Assembly (NCBI GenBank): GCA_002256025.1
Contig: NKIB01013498.1
Coordinates: 1 to 56,432, forward strand
DNA from: Asterionella formosa
Taxonomy: Eukaryota
Direction of reading: 5' to 3'
Length of the DNA: 56,432 nucleotides
In this document: piece by piece, positions 48,630 through 56,432 of the stretch
How the letters are laid out: every line of letters starts with the position of its first letter
How positions within the stretch are numbered: position 1 is the first letter of the stretch
Made by a program: the position numbers and the translations under genes
The notes under the pieces: generated by a model
Told to the model about the DNA's origin: nothing
What the model saw: the letters and a program-made list of their open reading frames with translations, nothing else
Databases searched by the model: none

Positions 48630-49886
48630 ATGCGATTCCCTTCCTCGTCCCTTCCGATAGTGTTGGTCTTCATGCCGTTTACGACGACGTCGTTCCGGCC
48701 GCACCAATCAATTTTCCGTCATCGGCTACTACTTTTGGCAGAAAAAGAACCCACCACCAATGGATTCAATCAGGCAGTCATAGAAGATGCAAATGAAGCC
48801 CTACAGTCTGTGGGTTGGTCAGTACGGCCTTCTGATGAACTGACATCAGAAGATCCTTTTGTTAAAGCAATTGATGCATCTATTCAAGCTGAAATGGGAG
48901 TTGGACTGGACGAATTGTTGAATCCAGCCAAGGTGAGTGGTTTCCTTGTGGGCGGGGGGAGCATTTGAAATTCGAGTTTTATTCCTTCAATGCACACGTT
49001 GTGGCACTATCTTACTCATCGGTCTCGTTAATTACGTTACAAAAAAATGTACAAACAAGGTTGTCAACTTGGAACGAGAATTGTACAATCTTCGGTCCGA
49101 ACTGGCCGTCTTGACAGGAAAGACTGATGAGTCTATATTAGACTATGATGGAGGTGGGGGAGGAGATGCAGCTGACGATATTCGTAAGGCTATTGAAAAG
49201 AAACAAGTCAGCTTAGCTACGGAACGACGATCTGTTTTTCGAGGTTGGTTGAAAAACATTTTCTTGGGACAAGCAGTCATTAGCTTTGCATTGAGTTGGG
49301 TCATGGCAACTAATCCAGCTATGTTATTTGGTGGATATGATTGGTTCCATTCCTATAACATGTAAGAATTGTTTTGAAAAGTGAATGCACGTCTCTGCCA
49401 TTGATTGTGCCAGATGCTGAAAACTAATATCATGGTTGTGTGTACATACAGGGAAACATCCATTCAAGTTTTGGGTTTCTGGTGGTGGTGGCTCTTTGTT
49501 GTACCATCCTTGCGATCTCGTCGTCCCAAAGGATTTGAAAAGAAAGCATTAGATATTGCATTTTTGGCAACTCCATTGGTTTCATTGGTTGCCCCAGTTG
49601 CTACCAAAGATACTGGGCTTATTTGGTTTGGTACGTTCGTTGTACATGAGGATCAAAGTTGCAGTGTGTGATGGATGAGATATGTCAAATGCTTACCAAA
49701 AATTCCTTATTTATAGCCAACTTTGCTGTTGTAGCTGGAAGTTATGCATTTTGCTTTTTGACAGATGATAAGGATATGAATGATGATGAGGGTGAGGGTG
49801 AGGATAACAAAAAACCTGAATGGCTCAAATTTCTTTACAAATCTTTGGATTTTGGAACTGGAAAAGAACGCGGTGCTCGCCAATGA
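48630..49886 (+). CDS. Uncharacterised, probably plastid-targeted multi-pass membrane protein; exons 48630-48932, 49060-49361, 49452-49630, 49717-49886
   Basis: Three GT-AG introns join four ORF pieces in frame (LLNPAK|VVNLER, YNM|ETSIQ, IWF|ANFAV). Presequence TTTSF, a coiled coil, and hydrophobic helices including GFWWWWLFVVPSLR. Confidence 0.8.
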
Positions 49887-50873
49887 ACATCAATTAATCA
49901 TTTTCCTCCTTCGCTTTCTTGTTTCAAGGCCCATCATGTTGCTGTCTTTAACACATGGTGGACCTTTTCCTAAGTAGTATAGAACATCAATGCGAAAGTA
50001 AACTAGACAATTGATATTCACTATTAGGGTGGTCACAAAGGCAATTAATTATTTTATATTTTCAGAATCACGTTCTTTGTGGCACATAGTGTAGTGGAAT
50101 GGTAGTAATGTAGCTACATGATACGTTATCTGTACCAGGTAGAAAACGTCGACTCTGGCTTTGGATATAGTGGATCTTTAGTTTGTCTGTATGAATAGGA
50201 ATGAACTAGAAAAGTATGTTAGAATACTATCAAAAAGCTATTCAAGTGAACGATGATAGTGCCCTTGCTCTGTTTTCAGCGTTCCTCCTTGTCCCTTGTA
50301 GTATGTGATATGTCATATTAAAATGTTAGTTTAAGCAAAATGACCGAAACTTGCAAGGTGTTCATGTACCAGTTATGATACCAGTTCAGCTAATGGCAGT
50401 CCACGACAGCTGATCGACTAAAAAGTACAGGTGCGTACCAGTTAGTATCGGCGGAAGCGGTCGTATGCATTTACTTGTGCGTGGTGTGGTAAGAAATCGG
50501 CAGACAAAACACCACGACTCGACGACTAGAAGGACAGACACCAAAACAGAACTCGACCACGATGGCAACATATGCACCAATAACCGTTACCAGTACTCCG
50601 GAGTACCTCAACCTGCATGAACTACGACACGCTACATCACTACCGTAACCGGTACATCCTCTACATTCTGTAGTATATCGGTCGTACAGCACCAGTACCC
50701 AGGGTACCTGGTACCTTGTATTAGACTTCCTTACTTCCCTCTCCTAGCGCATTCACCTGCCTCGTCTCCTCGCTCTCAGCATCGTGAGGAACAACTGCCA
50801 ATATATAAAAAATTAATTTAAACGGTATTGAAAGCAATCTCGACCGAACTTTTAGCAAGTCTATTTATTCGCA

Positions 50874-51773
50874 ATGAATTGGTTTGGAAAGAAAAAGGCG
50901 CCAGAGGCGACAACTGTCTCGGCAGCGTCGACGAGAACACCGTCTGATCCGACGACGACCATAGTGACGCTTCGCGAGAATATCAAGAGCCAAGAGAAAA
51001 GGTGGGTTTTTACATTCTAGTAGTCCCGCGTCTTTTTTTGTAGTCCAAGATATGTCACGGAAGCATGCCATGAGTTCGTTCTAATGTCGCCTTTTCCTTC
51101 GTTTTGCTCATCTGATACAGAGAGGAGCACCTGAACAAGAAGATGGAAGCATTGGTGGTGGAAGCAAAAGCCAAAGTGGCTAAAGGAGATAAGAAAGGTC
51201 TGTTGCATGTTTCGATACTTGTTGTCGCGTGCGTTCCATGTTGGTTTGACAAACAACTTCTGACTCGATCTCTACTTTTGTCCTGTTCCAGGCGCGCTGT
51301 TTGCCTTGAAGAGAAAGAAGCTTTACGAAGCAGAAGTTGACAAGATTCAGAACGTCAAAATGACTTTGGAGACGCAGGTTATAAACCTAGAAAGTGCAGC
51401 TCAGAACGCTCAAACATACAAAGCCATGCAGGCGGGAACCACCACGATGAAGAAAATACGACAAGATGTTGGTCTTGAAAATGTCGACGACGTCATGGAT
51501 GAAATCAAGGAGGAAATGGAGTTGGCTGCTGAAATCAACAACGCGATTGCTCAACCTATCGACCCCTTTTTGGCAGATGAGGACGAATTGTTGGCAGAGC
51601 TCAACGACTTGGAGACCAGCGATTTGGAGGAACTGTTGCTTAAACCAACTCCACAAGTTGCTTCCCACACACCCATGGCGCTACCACAAGTTCCCAGCTC
51701 GAAATTGCCGGCTCTGGCGAAGGACGAGGAGGACGATCTCCGAAAATTGGAAGCTGAACTGGCTGGGTTGTAG
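50874..51773 (+). CDS. SNF7: ESCRT-III subunit Snf7/Vps32/CHMP4; exons 50874-51001, 51121-51197, 51292-51773
   Basis: MNWFGKKK, QEKR|EEHL, GDKK|GALFALKRKKLYE, TLETQVINLESA, DEDELLAEL, EEDDLRKLEAELA. Confidence 0.92.
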
Positions 51774-51959
51774 TTATGAGATTCAGGCGAGTCGAGGACT
51801 GATGAGCATTTCTAATGACTGATGTAGACATGAGTGAATGAAACCAAACAAATATAATTATCAAATATGGACAAAATAGGATGATATTGTTGGCCCTTTC
51901 TTGTATTGGAGATAAATTCATTTCCCCCTAAACCACTTTTCATTTCCCTCGGTTCCCGT

Positions 51960-52090
51960 AGGAAGCGTGATGAGAGCTTGGAATTCATCTGGAATTCTAT
52001 GTTTTGGTTGGGACTCGCTTTCCTTCTTGACCCATGCCATGGCTTGCTCCAAGGTTGATTTGCTACATAATGCACAATGCCGGCGGTCTA
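51960..52090 (-). pseudogene. Degenerate duplicate of the last exon of the neighbouring START/cyclase-like gene
   Basis: SKSTLEQAMAWVKKESESQPKHRIPDEF versus SKSALKQATSWVKKESESEPTNAIPDEF at 52386-52619. Frameshifted upstream. Confidence 0.8.
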
Positions 52091-52385
52091 CAAGTTGAAT
52101 GATATAATATACAGGACCTGTTGCCACTAATGATAGCTACTAGGGTGTCCCGAGGAAAATTTTTCCATGGTGCAATTTGAAAATACAGTATCCATGAAAC
52201 AGAGCAAGCGCTGTACGTCCACAATTCATCAGTTCCTAGGGTCAAAACCAGAAAGCGGAATTAGGCCCTCGACTTGGTTTATAACACAAACAAACATCAG
52301 GATGCAGGTTGAAAGCCTGAAATGTCACTATGGTGTTTAAGTTTGTATGAGTAAAAGTGCATGTTTGTTCTTCGTTCTTCCTTTT

Positions 52386-53358
52386 CTAACGCCTAATTCC
52401 GAATCCTGAAAAGGCTTTGGGCTGCTCCTCGACAGGAGCTGCTCCTCCTGTAGGACCCCTGAATTCATCGGGAATGGCATTCGTAGGCTCCGACTCACTC
52501 TCTTTCTTGACCCAAGACGTGGCTTGCTTCAATGCTGATTTGCTAATGTAATTCAAAATAGGACCTGGTGGGGATGTTCTCAATGCAATATCACAAGAAT
52601 AAAATACTCGCGTGCATCCCTGTAGGGAACTGATTGTGTTAAAGAAAATGCTAGTGGTACGTCTCACAGCAATAATAGACTGAAACTTACCGGCTTTTTA
52701 GGATGATTCTCTAGATGCCAATGGCCCGAGACATCATCAAAGTCAGAGGTCTTATCATAATCAAGTTTCCATGTCACGGAGTCCTTATCTGGAGTGTACT
52801 TGTGATTATAGTAGTTCTCGTACTGCGTAAATTGTAAATAGTATTTGCATTCGTGCGGGATTGTGAGGTGTAAGTGCCAGTTGCAGGTACAAACAAACGA
52901 CAACTGATCAGCTATGCTATTGAGCAGTGCATTCAACTTACTGCATACCCTGGCATCACACCCAATACTTGTTTTGTTTTGATGGTAAAGGTACCGTCGT
53001 CGTGTTGCGTCACTTGATAGTTTTTGCACTCTTTTACCTTGGACACTTTTCCCATGTAATCATTCATTCGCAAGATCTGATTCCATACGGCTTCCTTGGG
53101 TGCATCAATATCCTGAATGCAAATGGCTCCACCACCAGCATCATCATCGCTGGGCATGGTTTGTTTCATGACAGGCTTGCCTGCCGCTAGCATTTTTTCA
53201 TCGTCTGGGTTTAAGGTCAAATCAAAAGGACCAGGTTCGTACGATTTCAAGAGGCCGGTGTTTCGGTGAGGTGAATTGCGGTCCTTTTTGGCGCAGCAAA
53301 GGGCTACGAGGACCAAGAGTAACAGTACTCTGGATACAGCGAAACGCATCATTGTCAT
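52386..53358 (-). CDS. Signal-peptide protein with START/polyketide-cyclase (SRPBCC)-like domain; exons 53358-52942, 52822-52691, 52619-52386
   Basis: QDIDAPKEAVWNQIL, VTWKLDYDKTSDFDDVSGHWHL, TRVFYSCD. Two phase-0 GT-AG introns. Confidence 0.8.
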
Positions 53359-54251
53359 TGCAGTCGTTTTGTCCGTGGGTAGCTCACGCAAAAAATCGTC
53401 GACAACACAAAATCATCATGTGATGTCGACAATGACACCACCACCTGCAGAGCGGACATGCTATCCTTCAAACCATGATTTGTATGCGCGGTGTCCCTTT
53501 TCGGATACTGTACGGTGAATAAAAATAAAGTAATATGTAGTTTGTATTTTATGCCGTATATTGGTATTTATTACACACGACGATCGCGTGCTATACTTAA
53601 CATTAATTAATTAATGAGTCAGTACCGCAATTTGCTTCCACGTGGAATGTCGTTGACGTACCGCATCTCGTTATCAAGGATGAGTTTTGCCGGCGCAGCT
53701 TCATCATTTCGTACCAGCCATGTGACCGTACGTAGTTAGTACCCCCCCCCCCACCATGGTGGTAGTCTACCTATGTTTACCGGTACATACATGTTGTGGT
53801 ACATACCACCGGTAAAGGAGTATTTCAAACAATTCTTGTGTCATGTACTGGAACCGGTACCTGGTATGTAGTGTCGTACTTGAATGATATTATTACGAAT
53901 GAATTGGACGCTCTACATACCGTACATTTACGAGGTACAGTACTCCGATGCGGGAGTACTATGAGAAATTCTCTGCCTCTTTTCTTCTTTTACTACTTTC
54001 TGAATTTTAGGTGCGGAATGATACCTACCACTAACCTAAAATGACCGACAGGGGCAATTAATATGACATCAAATTCCCCACCTTTTGAATCATATGCTTC
54101 CCAATACATGGGTTATGGAATTTTGTCTGTATGTTAGTGTTATAACCATTTGGCACCAGTACCCTGGGACTACTACAAGTAATGTCTACCGGTAGAAGGT
54201 GAAGTACCTAGTATTTAGTCTAGACTAAATGTATCACAGAGAACAAAAAGC

Positions 54252-55976
54252 TCATCCAGCCGTACCATTGGATAGGCCTGCATTATAGGCCTGCACCACT
54301 TGCAAGGTATCACCAATACTCCAAAAGTCAACAGATAGTAAGTTCACCGGTGATGGTAGCATCGCATTGCAAGCATCAAGTCGAGTTTGCACTTGTAACG
54401 CAGTGTTCGCCTGGCTTGCTACTTGTTCATCTGGAAGCCCAAAGAAAGGTCCACGAGTAAAATGATTTGACAAACCAAACGCTGCAGTCACTGGGCCCCT
54501 CAATGCAACACAGGACATGCTATAATCTTCCAATTCAGTAACACCTGTCAAGTCATAGGACGTTTCCCACATGTAGTCAAATGTGTTGAGAACAAGAGGA
54601 GGACATACGCCTACTACATTGCAGTCGCCACCATCGTGTTGAAAAATAATGAGACGTTTATTGGCATCAACAAGTTCTCCCAGAGTTGGCCAGTCTTGAC
54701 CGGTAGTATGACCATAAATCAAATCTTGAAACCCTGGTACAGTCACCATACTATTCCAATTGCTCCACAAAAACGAATTATCGGAATCCGTGACTTGCAA
54801 TTCGATGATAACCACTTCATTTACATTTGCCTCCATAAAAGTGGCAATCCCAGTAGCCACACCAACCGCATCTCGGCTACCTGCGGCGCAAAATCCATGG
54901 CAGAATCCACAATTGCACACATCGAGTTGCAATCCACGAAAGCCAGCATTGAGAGCCTCTTCCATGGAATATAATTGATTGTACCCGATGAAGCCATCTT
55001 GTCTCGTTGACATGGCATTGTGTACAGTACCGTAGACAATGTCATTGACTCGTTGATAGCAGTTAGAAGCAAGGCCATTGCAAATTCGTGTTTCTGTTGC
55101 AATTGCGGTCGGGAGTGAAGTAGCAAGCCTAGATGGATAAGTCGACGGCGGGGATGAAGTAGTGATGGAAGGATACAACGTTGGGATTGGAGATGTCGGC
55201 GAGAATGATGGTGGGAATGTAGTACCGATGGAAGGATACAAAGTTTGGGTTGAAGATATTGGTGAAAATGATAGTGGGGGTGTTGTACCAATGGAAGGAT
55301 ACAAAGTTGGGCTAGGCGATGTTGGTGAAAACGATGGTGGAAATGTAGTAGTTGTGGTAGGATACAAAGTTGGGCTAATAGATGTTGGTGAGAGTGATGG
55401 CTGGGGTGATGAAGTTGTGGTAGGGTACAAAGTTGGGCTAATAAATGTTGGAGAGAGTGATGGTTGGGGTGATGAAGTTGTGGTTGGGTTCAAAGTAGGG
55501 TTCGGAGGAGTGGGGGACAACGATGGTTGGATTGAAATAGAAATAGTCGGCTCCAAAGACGGGACGGGAGACGTCGTTGGAAAATAGACTGTCGGAGGAG
55601 CAAAGCCTTGAAGAATTGGTTGCGGCATCGGCGACGATGGACCCACGATGGTAGCAGACCCATTTGGAACATCATTATCGGATGGTGCGACCGATGGAGT
55701 CAAGAATTGCGAAGGTGAAATCTGTGTCAACGTGTTTGATCCACTTGCTACGTTGGATCCCTGGTCGTCATCACTTGCACGTTGCCATGCCACAACACCG
55801 AGCACACCAGCCACAACCATCAGAAAGCAAATCAAAACAAGTATGCCATGTCGTCGTGAAAACTGCGCGACAGGTGTTTTGTTGTGGCGATCCTCCTCAG
55901 TATCGAATGATCCTTCCAAAGACGCTAAATCGTCCCACGACGAGGGGGGAAAGGCAAAAGAACTTTGCATGGCCAT
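54252..55976 (-). CDS. Type II membrane protein: TM helix, Pro/Thr/Ser stalk, PI-PLC-like phosphodiesterase domain
   Basis: TM segment GILVLICFLMVVAGVLGVVAW; CNG...TVHNAMS, NQ....EALNAGFRGLQLDV, CHG, NEVVIIELQ, WPTLGELV, VNLLSVDFW. Confidence 0.85.
   Translation of the reverse strand: MAMQSSFAFPPSSWDDLASLEGSFDTEEDRHNKTPVAQFSRRHGILVLICFLMVVAGVLGVVAWQRASDDDQGSNVASGSNTLTQISPSQFLTPSVAPSDNDVPNGSATIVGPSSPMPQPILQGFAPPTVYFPTTSPVPSLEPTISISIQPSLSPTPPNPTLNPTTTSSPQPSLSPTFISPTLYPTTTSSPQPSLSPTSISPTLYPTTTTTFPPSFSPTSPSPTLYPSIGTTPPLSFSPISSTQTLYPSIGTTFPPSFSPTSPIPTLYPSITTSSPPSTYPSRLATSLPTAIATETRICNGLASNCYQRVNDIVYGTVHNAMSTRQDGFIGYNQLYSMEEALNAGFRGLQLDVCNCGFCHGFCAAGSRDAVGVATGIATFMEANVNEVVIIELQVTDSDNSFLWSNWNSMVTVPGFQDLIYGHTTGQDWPTLGELVDANKRLIIFQHDGGDCNVVGVCPPLVLNTFDYMWETSYDLTGVTELEDYSMSCVALRGPVTAAFGLSNHFTRGPFFGLPDEQVASQANTALQVQTRLDACNAMLPSPVNLLSVDFWSIGDTLQVVQAYNAGLSNGTAG
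55140..55540 (-). repeat. In-frame 63-bp (21-aa) coding tandem repeat, about 6 units
   Basis: PTTTSSPQPSLSPT.ISPTLY and PSIGTT.PPSFSPTSP.PTLY units. Confidence 0.85.
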
Positions 55977-56432
55977 GGTACTATCGCAATCGAATGTCCA
56001 ATCCTTGACGAGTCTTTAGAAGACTCAACTTCCTCGTCGCTTCGGACCGGTCCTGTCAAAATACTGTCGACCATGAATTAAAAATACTGCAATTGATAAT
56101 CCGGTATCACGACCATGTTACCTATGTAGAGGGGATGGTGTAATGGTACCTGGTACCAAGTATTGTCTAAGGGGGGATAATATTAATATAGAGAGGTGAG
56201 CAACATAAATTTCTTCCTCATCACCTTCATTCAGTCTTGGAAAGGAGTGAAAGCACGAAGAATAACCTATGTTGGAGAAAATATTTTAGGAAAGAAAATC
56301 CCGGCATAAATTACCTACTACATATTGAATCGAATGAATCAAGAAAGAATATGGTACCAGAGAATTCGAAAACAATCTACGCCAACAGTAAAAACCCATA
56401 ATTCTATTAAAACTCTTAGGAACGATTACAAT

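Noticed and set aside
25993..51773. Ubiquitin/ESCRT gene cluster (OTU, DCAF-like, USP, SNF7)
   Set aside because: The genes are separated by TEs and unrelated genes and belong to large families. There is no evidence beyond chance without synteny data.

Overview
This window is eukaryotic nuclear DNA, most likely from a diatom. The evidence is two Lhcr-type fucoxanthin-chlorophyll antenna genes, signal peptide + 'AF' plastid presequences, short GT-AG introns and a CoDi-like Copia element. The first ~20 kb is a nest of transposon remnants: the 5' end of a Copia LTR element (open gag, half-tRNA-iMet primer-binding site, PBS), a broken Ambal-like LINE, and Harbinger, pogo and Plavaka/CACTA-like relics with an Ulp1-like ORF. 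One secreted-protein gene sits among them. The rest holds host genes separated by smaller TE islands: DRS1/DDX27 helicase, double-DUF179 protein, signal-peptide OTU protease, WD40-TPR protein, USP32-like deubiquitinase, a head-to-head Lhcr pair, GrxB, an unknown plastid membrane protein, SNF7, a START/cyclase-like protein and a PI-PLC-like protein. The most interesting observation is a two-copy tRNA-headed SINE-like element. One copy has a perfect 17-bp target-site duplication (TSD), and its tail resembles the 3' UTR of the LINE in this window. Also notable are a GGTACC/CCAGG motif upstream of nearly every host gene and the OTU protease with a presequence and a ubiquitin-like RGG before its C-terminal hydrophobic segment. 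All family assignments come from motif recognition and hand alignment, not database searches.
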